This document shows positions 27,783-37,923 of a stretch of DNA of 39,512 bases, piece after piece. The notes under the pieces were generated by a model. The model was given only the letters and a program-made list of their open reading frames with translations, had not been told where the DNA came from and did no database searches. Position 1 is the stretch's first letter; each line of letters opens with the position of its first letter. The stretch spans positions 1-39,512 of the forward strand of contig JANYAF010000246.1 of assembly GCA_025355175.1 (NCBI GenBank). Direction: 5' to 3'. The DNA comes from Deltaproteobacteria bacterium. Lineage in GTDB: Bacteria > Desulfobacterota > Syntrophia > Syntrophales > Smithellaceae. The position numbers were made by a program, and so were the translations under genes.

Positions 27783-28928
27783 ATGAAGAAAATTATTTTT
27801 GTATCATTCATTCGCTTGACCCCTAAGGTGTTACACGACTGGTATATTGATTATATGATTGCCCAAGGTGTAATAGTCGAGTACTGGGATATTGTCGCTC
27901 TGGTGCGGGAAGAATATAATGAGGTTGGAGAACTGGATACAGATTATCTTAGTGTTTTCCGGACATTTAGCGCCGTTGAGGAAAAGTTGCAGCTTTGCGA
28001 AAACAGAGATGCTTTTTATGTGATGTTGATTAATTATGCCGGACGTTTTGCCAGAATATTTCGACTGCTATCAAAGTATAATTGTCGAATGATATTTATT
28101 GCATCGGGAACTATGCCGGTTAAATCTGTTTCTATCTGGGGAAAAGTGTTTCGCCGGTTATCTAATCCTTTGGGCTTAGTGGACATACTATTGGACAAGG
28201 CAAAAGCAATTGCCTATAGAAGATTAAAGCTTGTTAAGCCATTCCATATTATTTTTGCTGCGGGGCAGGTAGAAATGACCAATAACCAGTATGCAGAGAA
28301 GGTGATACCGATCAATTATATTGATTATAATGATTACATCAATGCTAAGGCTAAAGGAGATAGAGTTGTAAAAAGACATTATGCGGTGTTTCTTGATATT
28401 AATCTCCCTTTCCAGTCTGATCTGAAAATCTGCAATATGCCGGCAGTCAATTCCGGCAGCTATTACCGATCACTTAATCGGTTTTTTGATTTACTGGAAT
28501 TGGAATATGACGTCAAGACTGTCATTTCCGCACATCCAAAATCTGATTATAGTATGGAAACATTTCAAGGGCGGGAGATTTATCGCGGCCGCACGGCTGA
28601 GATAGTAAAAGATGCTGAATTTGTTATTTCTCACACAAGCTTATCGTTTGGTTATGCCGTGCTTAATTTCAAGCCATTAATTTTTATATATACGGATGAA
28701 ATGAAGTTTTTATATAGCAGTAATTTGATCCGACAACTGAATGATTTTGCAAGTTTTCTCGATGCAGCACTCTACAACGTAGATGAAATAACACACGGCC
28801 GGCAAATTATTATGAAGGATGTTAACCTTGAAAACTATGAAAAATATAAATATAGTTTCCTGACCACCCCAGTGGCTGAATGTTCGACAACGCAGGAAAT
28901 AATATGGCGTGAGATGAGTAAATTATAA
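27783..28928 (+). CDS. Putative nonulosonate (sialyltransferase-like) glycosyltransferase
   Basis: Soluble protein with AVFLD, VISAHP (HP motif) and VISHTS motifs like bacterial GT-B sialyltransferases; first gene after wzx. Confidence 0.6.
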   Translation: MKKIIFVSFIRLTPKVLHDWYIDYMIAQGVIVEYWDIVALVREEYNEVGELDTDYLSVFRTFSAVEEKLQLCENRDAFYVMLINYAGRFARIFRLLSKYNCRMIFIASGTMPVKSVSIWGKVFRRLSNPLGLVDILLDKAKAIAYRRLKLVKPFHIIFAAGQVEMTNNQYAEKVIPINYIDYNDYINAKAKGDRVVKRHYAVFLDINLPFQSDLKICNMPAVNSGSYYRSLNRFFDLLELEYDVKTVISAHPKSDYSMETFQGREIYRGRTAEIVKDAEFVISHTSLSFGYAVLNFKPLIFIYTDEMKFLYSSNLIRQLNDFASFLDAALYNVDEITHGRQIIMKDVNLENYEKYKYSFLTTPVAECSTTQEIIWREMSKL

Positions 28929-28962
28929 TTTCCCCCAAAATGGAGAGGAGGAGTAATCAAGT

Positions 28963-29811
28963 ATGATCAGAAGATTAAAAAATTATCTACTGGATATGCG
29001 TGATCGTCAGCGAATATGCATTTCTTTATGCAAAGGAACACCAATGATGCAAGCGAGAACCATCAATTTGAAGCAACCGGCGACTTGGGAGTTTTCGGCA
29101 TTCAGTCAAAATGGGGAAGATGGGATTCTTGATGTTTTACGCCAACAACTTGCTAGTGAAAACCGTTATTTTATTGAGATTGGTTCGGCAGACGGAATTG
29201 ACAATAATTCTGCTTGGCTTGTAGTGGCTGAGAAATATAATGGCATTATGATTGATGGGGATCCTCGACTCGTTGAACGAATGAAAAGGATGATAGCTGG
29301 TTATAGCATTGGTGTAGAGTGCTACAATATTTTTGTTACAGTTGATAGCGTGCGTGATTTGAAATCAATGGCGCTTCATCTTGATCCCGACGTCTTTTGT
29401 CTTGATACTGATGGGAACGATTATTATATTGCGAAAGCTATATTGGACACCGGGTTTCGCCCTAAAATATTTGTCGTTGAATACAACTCTGTCTTTGGCC
29501 CGACGCGAAGTATGACCATTCAGTATAAGGAAGATTTTGTGCATACAACCGCGCATCCTACCCATCTTTACTATGGTGTGTCAATATCGGGATGGCGAAA
29601 ATTCTTTAGGGGAAACGGCTATCATTTTGTCACAGTAGACCGGAATGGCGTTAATGGATTCTTTGTGGATCCGGCCTGCTTCGATAAGGATTTTCTGTCA
29701 GGGATCGAACCGCTGGAATTCGCTGAAAATCAATATCAGTATAAAAAATTCAGGAAGTCGAGTGAAAAGCAATTTCAGCTTATTGCTGATCAAAGCTTTG
29801 TTCCTATTTGA
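28963..29811 (+). CDS. FkbM-like putative methyltransferase
   Basis: FSQNGEDGI, FIEIGSADG, LDTDGNDY and VVEYN. RBS GAGGAG. Confidence 0.65.
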   Translation: MIRRLKNYLLDMRDRQRICISLCKGTPMMQARTINLKQPATWEFSAFSQNGEDGILDVLRQQLASENRYFIEIGSADGIDNNSAWLVVAEKYNGIMIDGDPRLVERMKRMIAGYSIGVECYNIFVTVDSVRDLKSMALHLDPDVFCLDTDGNDYYIAKAILDTGFRPKIFVVEYNSVFGPTRSMTIQYKEDFVHTTAHPTHLYYGVSISGWRKFFRGNGYHFVTVDRNGVNGFFVDPACFDKDFLSGIEPLEFAENQYQYKKFRKSSEKQFQLIADQSFVPI

Positions 29812-29851
29812 ACACTGCAACTACCTCAATATGGGGTAATGGAGAGGTTGA

Positions 29852-30295
29852 ATGTACTCTATGATAGAAAATATTAGTCATAATGATAAACTGCTTGCCA
29901 TGATCGTTCGGTCGCAATTCCAAAAGGACGGCATTGAATTTTTTACTCCTGATGATTTTTCGCAACAGTTAGCTTACATGAAACGTCGAGAAGGATATGT
30001 CATACCGCCTCATGTCCACAATTTAGTGCCACGAAACATTCATCTTACTCAGGAAGTACTTTTTATCAGAAAGGGTAAAATCCGGATTGATTTTTATAGT
30101 GAACAACAGAAATATTTGGAAAGTCGCATCCTGAAGTCTGGTGATGTCATTTTGCTGGCACATGGGGGCCATGGATTTGAGATGCTGGAGGAAAGTGAGA
30201 TAATCGAAGTTAAGCAAGGACCTTATGCAGGGGATCAGGATAAGACCCGCTTTGATGGTGCGAACAGCAGGGATGAAATAAAAATCAAGGAGTAG
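29852..30295 (+). CDS. Cupin-fold protein of the type found beside perosamine synthase
   Basis: IPPHVH..TQEVL..G and GHGFEML..EVKQGPY match metal-binding cupin motifs. Confidence 0.75.
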   Translation: MYSMIENISHNDKLLAMIVRSQFQKDGIEFFTPDDFSQQLAYMKRREGYVIPPHVHNLVPRNIHLTQEVLFIRKGKIRIDFYSEQQKYLESRILKSGDVILLAHGGHGFEMLEESEIIEVKQGPYAGDQDKTRFDGANSRDEIKIKE

Positions 30296-30297
30296 AT

Positions 30298-31422
30298 ATG
30301 TCAGCATTTATAATGGTCAATGAACCGTTATTGGACGGCAACGAGAAGAAGTATCTTGCTGAATGCATTGATACCGGCTGGATATCGTCTGAAGGACCAT
30401 TTGTTGGGAGATTCGAAGAGAAATTCGCTTCCCGAATCGGGCGCAAATTCGCAGTAACTGTGTGCAATGGTTCCGCTGCATTGGATATGGCGGTATGTGC
30501 ATTGGGGATAGGTCACGGGGACGAGGTTATTATGCCGACATTTACAATAATTTCATGTGCCGCGGCTATTGTCCGAGCGGGAGCTAAACCTGTTCTTGTT
30601 GACTCTGATCCCTGCACTTGGAATATGAATATAAATCAGATCGAGGATAAAATTACCCCTCAAACCAAAGCCATCATGGTTGTGCACATTTATGGATTAC
30701 CGGTAGACATGGAGCCAGTTCTGGCACTAGCAGAAAAATATGGCATAATGGTTATTGAAGATTCGGCAGAGGCGCATGGACTGGCTTATAAAGGGCAACC
30801 TTGCGGGAGTTTCGGTAACATCAGTACCTTTAGTTTTTATGCCAATAAGCATATTACTACAGGTGAAGGGGGGATGGTTGTTACGGATGATGAAAAGCTG
30901 GCGGAACGATGCCGCAGCCTGAAAAATCTATGCTTTCAGCCCCAAAAACGTTTTGTGCATGAAGAACTCGGCTGGAATTTTCGTATGACTAATTTGCAGG
31001 CGGCCATTGGACTGGCGCAGATGGAAAATTTAGAAGACCATATCACCCGTAAACACCAGATCGGGCGCCGCTATTCCGAACTATTAAAAGACATCCCGGG
31101 GTTACAATTACCATTAGCGAAAACTGGTTATGCAGAAAATATCTATTGGGTGTATGGCTTGGTGTTGAGGGATGATCTGCCGTTGGATGCCGCTGATTTC
31201 ATGGCCCGCCTATCCGAAAAAAGAATTGGAACAAGGCCTTTTTTCTGGCCTATGCATGAACAGCCGGTTTTTAAAAAGATGGGTTTTTTTCGAGGCGAGA
31301 GTTATCCTGTCGCGGAACGTATCGCACGGAGAGGCTGTTATCTTCCCAGTGGAATGGCGTTGACGAATGAGCAGATAGAGGTAGTGGTATCATGTATTAA
31401 AGGGATTGTCGAGGTGATGTGA
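30298..31422 (+). CDS. per: DegT-family aminotransferase, GDP-perosamine synthase-like
   Basis: CIDTGWISSEG, VHIYG, EDSAEAHG, SFYANKHITTGEGG and GWNFRMTNLQAAIG. Confidence 0.8.
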   Translation: MSAFIMVNEPLLDGNEKKYLAECIDTGWISSEGPFVGRFEEKFASRIGRKFAVTVCNGSAALDMAVCALGIGHGDEVIMPTFTIISCAAAIVRAGAKPVLVDSDPCTWNMNINQIEDKITPQTKAIMVVHIYGLPVDMEPVLALAEKYGIMVIEDSAEAHGLAYKGQPCGSFGNISTFSFYANKHITTGEGGMVVTDDEKLAERCRSLKNLCFQPQKRFVHEELGWNFRMTNLQAAIGLAQMENLEDHITRKHQIGRRYSELLKDIPGLQLPLAKTGYAENIYWVYGLVLRDDLPLDAADFMARLSEKRIGTRPFFWPMHEQPVFKKMGFFRGESYPVAERIARRGCYLPSGMALTNEQIEVVVSCIKGIVEVM

Positions 31423-32204
31423 TGAGCGTTTTTGGAACATATTCACAATATTACGATTTGCTCTATCGGGATAAGGATTATGATGGTGAAGTGCAATTTG
31501 TCACGGAGCTGATCCAGAAACATTTTCTCAATGCACATAACCTTTTGGAACTGGGATGTGGCACCGGCATTCATACGGAGAAACTTGCCGGAAAAGGTTA
31601 CAGCGTGCACGGCGTTGATCTAAGTCCGGAGATGTTAAAATGCGCTGAAAAGCGACGAAAAAATCTCCCGAAGACTGTGGCCGCAAAGCTCTCTTTTGCT
31701 TGTGAAGATATTTGTCAATTTCGTCATAGCGGTAACGACATTGACACTTTTGACGTCGTGCTATCGTTATTTCATGTTATTAGTTATCAAATAACCAATG
31801 ACAATCTATTGGCGGTGTTCAAAACAGCCAAAGCACATTTAAAACATAATGGTTTGTTCATTTTCGACTGTTGGTATGGACCTGCTACCTTGACAGATCC
31901 TCCTTCCATCAGGATCAAAAGGGTGGAAGATGAGAGAGTCAGTATTGTAAGGATAGCTGAACCTGTAATACATCCTAACAAAAACTATGTAGATGTCCAT
32001 TACACAGTTTTTGTCAGAGATAAACGCAGTGGCAAAGTTGCAGAAATGAAAGAAACACACAGGATGCGGTATTTGTTTAAGCCGGAAATCGATTATTTGT
32101 TATCATTATCTGGATTAACTTTGATAGATGATATGGAGTGGCTAAGCGGCAAGGAATTGGACTTCAATACTTGGAGTGGCTGCTTTTTGGCAAAAAACAT
32201 ATAA
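31422..32204 (+). CDS. Class I SAM methyltransferase resembling TylM1/DesVI-type NDP-aminosugar N-methyltransferases
   Basis: YYDLLYRDKDYDGE, LLELGCGTG, GVDLSPEML and ETHRMRY. TGATG overlap with per. Confidence 0.8.
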   Translation: MSVFGTYSQYYDLLYRDKDYDGEVQFVTELIQKHFLNAHNLLELGCGTGIHTEKLAGKGYSVHGVDLSPEMLKCAEKRRKNLPKTVAAKLSFACEDICQFRHSGNDIDTFDVVLSLFHVISYQITNDNLLAVFKTAKAHLKHNGLFIFDCWYGPATLTDPPSIRIKRVEDERVSIVRIAEPVIHPNKNYVDVHYTVFVRDKRSGKVAEMKETHRMRYLFKPEIDYLLSLSGLTLIDDMEWLSGKELDFNTWSGCFLAKNI

Positions 32205-32218
32205 TTTGCTTCCTTATT

Positions 32219-32247
32219 TTGTCATTAATTATGGTATTCATTAAAAT
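32219..32247 (+). promoter_or_regulatory. Candidate internal sigma70 promoter
   Basis: TTGTCA (32219-32224), 17-bp spacer, TAAAAT (32242-32247), ending 33 bp before ATG 32281. Confidence 0.5.
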
Positions 32248-32280
32248 GGGTAATGAATTTCTTCGGAGCATATTTTTAAA

Positions 32281-33471
32281 ATGAAAGTTGCAGTGATCTT
32301 TGATCATGACATGTATAATGGTGGTGGTTACCAGGCTATTATGTCAGTAATCATTATGTTGCAAGAAAAGGCTTGTGGACAGCATGATTTTATCTTTTTT
32401 ACTATCTATCCTGAAAATCATAGAGTGCTCGGCGAACTGGGGATAAAAGTTCATCTCCTTAAACGAAACGCGATTGATGCATTTTGCGTATATTTGAGAC
32501 ATGACAGACTATTATATAGTATCTGGAAAAAAATATTTGGTCAAATTAACACTCGATTTGAAAAGATGATGTGCCGGCACAAGGTAGATCTAATATATTT
32601 CCCCTCACCATCCGAGCTTGCGCTGCATACAAATTGCCACAATTATATATATACCCTCTGGGATCAGTGCCACAGAGATCATCCCGAGTTTCCTGAAATC
32701 CACAACGAATTTAATGAAAGGGAATATATTTATAATGACGTATTGAGAAGATCAGTAGCCGTAATCACAGAATCAGAATTAAGCAGAGAAAATGCCATGC
32801 GCAGGTATGGTCTTGATGCGGAAAGGGTTATTGCAATTCCTCTCTTACTGTCGAAACAAGCGAGCTCTTTATCTGACAATACCATAGATATTATTAAAAA
32901 ATATGAGATAGGCCGGGATTTCATTTTTTACCCTGCCCAGTTCTGGTCTCATAAGAATCATATCTACATACTCAAAGGTATTAAGTTTTTAAAGGATCAA
33001 TATGATGTTGTCGTATATGCGCTTTTTGCGGGATCAGATAAAGGCAATCAAAACCATGTAAGGGAGATAGCCATTGAGTTGGGCATTGATGATCAAGTCC
33101 GATTCCTGGGGTTTGTAGACGCAAGCGAAATTCCTGCATTATATCGCAATGCCCTTGCTTTGGTTATGCCTACCTACTTTGGCAACAGCAATCTTCCTCC
33201 ATTGGAAGCATTTGCGATGGATTGTCCTGTGTTGTATTCTGACATGCTGGGGATGCGTGAACAAACAGGTGATGCCGTATTGTACTTAGACCTCAAAGAT
33301 CCGCAGACTCTTTCCGAACTCATATACAGGTTGATTAATGAAAATGGGTTGCGTGAAGAACTGATCAGTAAAGGGAAACAGAAGTTGAAAGATTTTTCTG
33401 AAGACATTCTCTGGGATCATCTCAAAAAGATATTTGATGATTACGAAATTAAGATGAACTGTTGGAAATAA
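32281..33471 (+). CDS. GT4 (GT-B) glycosyltransferase
   Basis: FYPAQFWSHKNH, RFLGFV and PTYFGNSNLPPLEAF. Confidence 0.85.
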   Translation: MKVAVIFDHDMYNGGGYQAIMSVIIMLQEKACGQHDFIFFTIYPENHRVLGELGIKVHLLKRNAIDAFCVYLRHDRLLYSIWKKIFGQINTRFEKMMCRHKVDLIYFPSPSELALHTNCHNYIYTLWDQCHRDHPEFPEIHNEFNEREYIYNDVLRRSVAVITESELSRENAMRRYGLDAERVIAIPLLLSKQASSLSDNTIDIIKKYEIGRDFIFYPAQFWSHKNHIYILKGIKFLKDQYDVVVYALFAGSDKGNQNHVREIAIELGIDDQVRFLGFVDASEIPALYRNALALVMPTYFGNSNLPPLEAFAMDCPVLYSDMLGMREQTGDAVLYLDLKDPQTLSELIYRLINENGLREELISKGKQKLKDFSEDILWDHLKKIFDDYEIKMNCWK

Positions 33472-33502
33472 ATTCTGCTTGCAGATGATTGAGGGGTATA
33501 TT

Positions 33503-34423
33503 TTGTCAAATATAAGAAAAGTTAATAGGGTGCTGGTAACCGGAGGAACTGGGCTGCTTGGTGCTGCCATTCAACACTTAGCTCCCAAGGATATAAAAGG
33601 ATTCTCCATTTATTTTCCCGAATGTTCTTTCCCCCTGCAGCTTCCTTATCCTATTCGTGTCGCCGATCTGACAGACCGGATACAGATGAAAACTATATTT
33701 GAATGGGCTCAGCCTGATGTTGTTATTCATACCGCTGCGATTGGCAGTGTTGATTATGCCGAAAAGAATCGCGAACAGACACGGCGAGTCAACGTAGGCG
33801 GTACCATGGTTATTACTGAGTTGTGTCAAAATTATAAATCCAGATTGATTTACATTTCCTCTAATGCCGTCTTCGATGGCCGTACTCCTTTTTATTCCGA
33901 AACCGATCCGGTTAACCCGATCAATTATTATGGCCAGCTCAAGGTTGAGGCTGAAAATATTGTTCAACATAGCGGCATATCGCAGGCCATTGTCCGTCCC
34001 ATCCTGATGTACGGCTGGCCATATCCCGGTGAGCGGGATAACCCAGTAGTATGGTGGATTCGATCACTGAAAGAAGGCAAGCCTATAAAGGTTGTAGACA
34101 ATGTGTTTAACAAACCTCTTGCGGCATGGTCGTGCGCAGAAGTTGTTTGGGCAGTAATTCAACAAAACAGGACCGGCATTTACCATGCGGCCGGACGTGA
34201 TCATATTTCCCTTTACCAGTTTGCCTTGGCTGTAGCGGAAGTCTTTAATTTGAATAAAGGTTTGATTACGCCTGTTCCTGATTCCTTTTTCCCGGAGATA
34301 GCGCCCCGTCCCAGAGACACTTCTTTTGATACGACCAAGATGGAGATGGAACTGGGTGTGAAAAGTATTGGTATCAGAGATGGATTGATTCGTATGAAAA
34401 ATGAGTGTCCAGACACGTTATGA
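33503..34423 (+). CDS. RmlD-like NDP-4-keto-sugar reductase (extended SDR)
   Basis: TGGTGLLG, HTAA, YISSNAVFDG, PINYYGQLK and APRPRDT. TTG 33503 follows GAGGGG; 33479 and 33485 are alternative starts. Confidence 0.8.
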   Translation: MSNIRKVNRVLVTGGTGLLGAAIQHLAPKDIKGFSIYFPECSFPLQLPYPIRVADLTDRIQMKTIFEWAQPDVVIHTAAIGSVDYAEKNREQTRRVNVGGTMVITELCQNYKSRLIYISSNAVFDGRTPFYSETDPVNPINYYGQLKVEAENIVQHSGISQAIVRPILMYGWPYPGERDNPVVWWIRSLKEGKPIKVVDNVFNKPLAAWSCAEVVWAVIQQNRTGIYHAAGRDHISLYQFALAVAEVFNLNKGLITPVPDSFFPEIAPRPRDTSFDTTKMEMELGVKSIGIRDGLIRMKNECPDTL

Positions 34424-35457
34424 AGTTATTTATCGTTGGTCCCCGCTGGTTCGGAGAATGGACTGAAGGTGTAGAACGTGCTGCTGCTGCATGCGGTTGT
34501 GAAACGAAGATATTCTATTATTTGACGGATTCCATCGGTGGTCTGAGGGGTGCGGCCAAACGGCGGTTGCATCCTGAAATCCGGAAAATGCTTAGTATCC
34601 CAGCCCAGCGATGGAGGGAAGCAAAAGGTATTTTCATGAATCGACGCTTGATTAGAGAAGTGCGCTCCTTTCAGCCCGATCTGGTCTTAATTCTCAAAGG
34701 CGAAACTATTTATGAGGAGAGTCTCAGTGCTCTGCGCAAGCTGAAAATACCTCTTATCTCCTGGTGGGTTGACGACCCTTTCGGTTATTCTGACCTGATG
34801 AATCGATTCCGTCTTTTTGATATGCTTTACATGTTTGATCGGGAATGCATCACCGTTCTCGAGGCGAAAGGAATCAAACATATAACTTACCTGCCGTGCG
34901 GTTGTGATCAAACAACATATTCTCCACAGCCGCTCAATGCTGCCGATTATCCGGAGTTGAGTTGTTCAATAGGCTTTGTCGCCGTGTATTACCCGTCGCG
35001 GGCTGCTTTATTGGGACAAATGAAAGGGCTTGATGTAGGTTTATGGGGCAGCGGGTGGGAAGCTGCACCGGAACTTCAGCAATTGCCTCTTGGGTCCTGG
35101 CGAGGTCTGCATATTTCTACGGCTAATGCCGCCAAAATCTATAACTTGGCCAGGATTTGTCCGAATGCACATCATCCGCAGACGCGCTTCGGCGGATTAA
35201 ACACACGCACGTTTGAAATACCAGCTGCAGGTGGCTTCGAATTAATAGACAATGTTCCGGGATTGGAAGAACATTTCGATGTGGGAAGGGAAATCGTGGT
35301 CTATTCATCCCCGGAGCACTTCCGGGAACTTGCTGAATATTATCTGGTTCATCCGGAGGAACGCAAAGCAATCATCGAGCTAAGCCATGCCCGGGTTCTG
35401 CGGGACCATACTTATGAACGCAGGCTAAAAACTATTTTTAAAACTTTGGGCCTGTAG
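34420..35457 (+). CDS. CgeB-like glycosyltransferase (Glyco_trans_1_2)
   Basis: WWVDDP, LWGSGW, NTRTFEIPAAGGF and RDHTYERR. ATGA overlap with the upstream gene. Confidence 0.82.
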   Translation: MKLFIVGPRWFGEWTEGVERAAAACGCETKIFYYLTDSIGGLRGAAKRRLHPEIRKMLSIPAQRWREAKGIFMNRRLIREVRSFQPDLVLILKGETIYEESLSALRKLKIPLISWWVDDPFGYSDLMNRFRLFDMLYMFDRECITVLEAKGIKHITYLPCGCDQTTYSPQPLNAADYPELSCSIGFVAVYYPSRAALLGQMKGLDVGLWGSGWEAAPELQQLPLGSWRGLHISTANAAKIYNLARICPNAHHPQTRFGGLNTRTFEIPAAGGFELIDNVPGLEEHFDVGREIVVYSSPEHFRELAEYYLVHPEERKAIIELSHARVLRDHTYERRLKTIFKTLGL

Positions 35458-35506
35458 CATAAAAAAACAGTAAATAAACGATTACCTTCCTTTCTGGAAA
35501 TCATAA

Positions 35507-36988
35507 ATGCCTCTCAGACGTACAACAACAAAAAAAGGTTATGATTTAAACAGCATCTTAACGCTTATAAGTTCTCTGATATGCTTAATTGGCGTCGGCC
35601 TTTTCTATGTTGCAGGGGGAAATAAGTATATTAATGGGTATACAATCATATTGTTATTGGTGCTAGGTATGCAAAATTTCCTGATGTTGCAATATGAAAA
35701 GAAGAACAGAGATCCATTTATAATACTTTTAGTGATTGTTACCTCGGCCTTTTACATGCTGAGAGTAGTTACCCTCCTATATGATCCCTGGTCGGTAGCA
35801 TTTAATGCAGGTTCATATAGCCCGTATGATCTCAATGAGTTACTTATATTTATATCTTTTTCCAATGCCGCAATCTTTCTCGGCCTCAGCCTAGTTGCCG
35901 GAAAGATCATTTACAAAAAAGAAGATGTAGACAAATATCAGGTAAATCCTTGTAATGTTATAACAATATTATTGATGGCAATATGTGTATCTTTTTTCAT
36001 GGCGTACTCCGAGAGTTTTCTCGGCAGGCTGGCAGGATATATCACCACTACTGTTTTCAATGTATTACTGATTCTGTTATGTTCATTTATTTACATTGCG
36101 TTGAATTATAAAAAGATATCAAAGACCACATTTACCGTAATAATAGCATTATTTGCTGTTTTTATTATATCATTTATGGTGCGCGGTAGTCGAGCAGGAG
36201 TGTTTTTAATAGCCTATCTCGCATTGATTGGATTTTTATCAGTGAAAGGCAGCATCACATTAAGCAAGCGATTTATGCTGATTATTCCAATCATTGCGTT
36301 TCTTGCGGCCCTTGTATTTATTTCAGCATCCTATATCCGAGACGTTAATGGCACGGAAAGGCGGTATGTTTCTTCCAAAGAATTTGCCATGTTGAAAGAG
36401 GTGGATATTTGGGGATCACAGGATATGAGTGTGCATTTCCGTCGAATATTTGATCGGGTAGGTTTTCTGGATTATGCAATGGTCGTGATAAAAAATCATG
36501 AAAAATACGCTGAAATAATCAATTTCACATATTATTTTAAAAGTATCATAGACAATGTCTTAACGCCCGGCTTTACTGTTTTTGGTGTACCGAGAGTATC
36601 ACATGCCATGAGTTATGTCGCGCGAGGCGAACCTCTGCCAACTCTGGAAGATATTCAGGCTGCATATCAAGCAGACATGCCCACGCTATATGGAGAATAT
36701 TATACTTTGTTTTTTGGTTACCCTGCCTTGATCATCTTTTTTGCTTTTTCATTTCTATTCAAAAAAATCTATCTGGCCATCAGAAGTAAAGATTCATTCT
36801 CTTTTTACTTATACAGGGCATTGATCCTCTATGTGTTTTACTTGTGGCTGAATAGTTTCGGTATCGATTGGATGTTGTTTGACCTAGTTGGTGTTATTAT
36901 AACCGTCTATTTATTCAAAAGATTCTATAAAATGAGAAGAGGAAAATTAATGCCTGTTTGTGATGTCGCAGAACCAGTCAAGGGATAA
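35507..36988 (+). CDS. wzy: Putative Wzy O-antigen polymerase
   Basis: About 11-12 hydrophobic segments, a GSRAG motif, a large late periplasmic loop and PTLYGEYY..FG; AT-rich; wzx and wzz are in the same locus. Confidence 0.7.
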   Translation: MPLRRTTTKKGYDLNSILTLISSLICLIGVGLFYVAGGNKYINGYTIILLLVLGMQNFLMLQYEKKNRDPFIILLVIVTSAFYMLRVVTLLYDPWSVAFNAGSYSPYDLNELLIFISFSNAAIFLGLSLVAGKIIYKKEDVDKYQVNPCNVITILLMAICVSFFMAYSESFLGRLAGYITTTVFNVLLILLCSFIYIALNYKKISKTTFTVIIALFAVFIISFMVRGSRAGVFLIAYLALIGFLSVKGSITLSKRFMLIIPIIAFLAALVFISASYIRDVNGTERRYVSSKEFAMLKEVDIWGSQDMSVHFRRIFDRVGFLDYAMVVIKNHEKYAEIINFTYYFKSIIDNVLTPGFTVFGVPRVSHAMSYVARGEPLPTLEDIQAAYQADMPTLYGEYYTLFFGYPALIIFFAFSFLFKKIYLAIRSKDSFSFYLYRALILYVFYLWLNSFGIDWMLFDLVGVIITVYLFKRFYKMRRGKLMPVCDVAEPVKG

Positions 36989-36993
36989 TAAAG

Positions 36994-37923
36994 ATGGCCA
37001 AGGGTATTGTCGCAATTACAGGCGGGTCCGGAATGATTGGCCGGGAGATAAAGCAAAAATTGTTACAGGAAGGATATGCCGTAAGGATACTGACCAGAAA
37101 TAAATTGTTTCGTGATGATAGGGTGCAAGTTTACTATGGGAATCTTGAGAATATTGATATTTTAAAAGTTTTTTTAAAAAACGTAAATTACCTTTTTCAC
37201 TGTGCTGCAGAGTTGCATAATGAATCAAAAATGTGGGATGTCAATGTATCAGGCACTGAAATTATATTAAATTTAATCCCTCAAACCAATATCACCTATT
37301 TCTGTTATTTGAGCAGTGCTGGTGTTGTTGGCAGAACTTCTATAAAATATGTCAAAGAGAATACGCCCTGTAATCCTCGAAATATCTATGAACGCAGTAA
37401 ATGGGCTGCTGAACAGATTGTGCAGCAAGGCATTCCAAACTGTCAGGTCGTCATTCTAAGACCGACAAATGTCATTACCGATGAAGAACCAGGTGCATTG
37501 AATCTCCCCATGCGGTCGTCATGCTTGGATTACCTAAAGGTGTTTCTACAGGGTGGCGAATGTGCTCACATTGTTCATGCTATGGATGTTGCGGATGCTG
37601 CCATACACCTTATTTCTCATTCCGCGGGTGGGCCAGAATGCTTTTTTGTCTCATATGATGATGAACCGTTAAATATGTATGCAGACATTTGGTCACTTTA
37701 TAAAGCACATGAGAAAAATCATTCTTTTAAAGTGGTACGACCAGCTTTGCATCTTCCAGCAATTATCCCTTATTTATTACGTGTTCTATGGCGCGGTGGA
37801 GGTAATAAAGGTAATGTCCGTTATTCATCAAAAAAACTGTTATCTTCAGGATTTGACTTTCCAATGGGGTTGCATGGGACAATAAAAAGAATAGCCTCTT
37901 TGAAGATTGAAGAAAATTTATGA
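36994..37923 (+). CDS. NAD-dependent epimerase/dehydratase
   Basis: ITGGSGMIG, FHCAAE, LSSAGV, YERSK (YxxxK) and LRPTNV. Confidence 0.85.
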   Translation: MAKGIVAITGGSGMIGREIKQKLLQEGYAVRILTRNKLFRDDRVQVYYGNLENIDILKVFLKNVNYLFHCAAELHNESKMWDVNVSGTEIILNLIPQTNITYFCYLSSAGVVGRTSIKYVKENTPCNPRNIYERSKWAAEQIVQQGIPNCQVVILRPTNVITDEEPGALNLPMRSSCLDYLKVFLQGGECAHIVHAMDVADAAIHLISHSAGGPECFFVSYDDEPLNMYADIWSLYKAHEKNHSFKVVRPALHLPAIIPYLLRVLWRGGGNKGNVRYSSKKLLSSGFDFPMGLHGTIKRIASLKIEENL

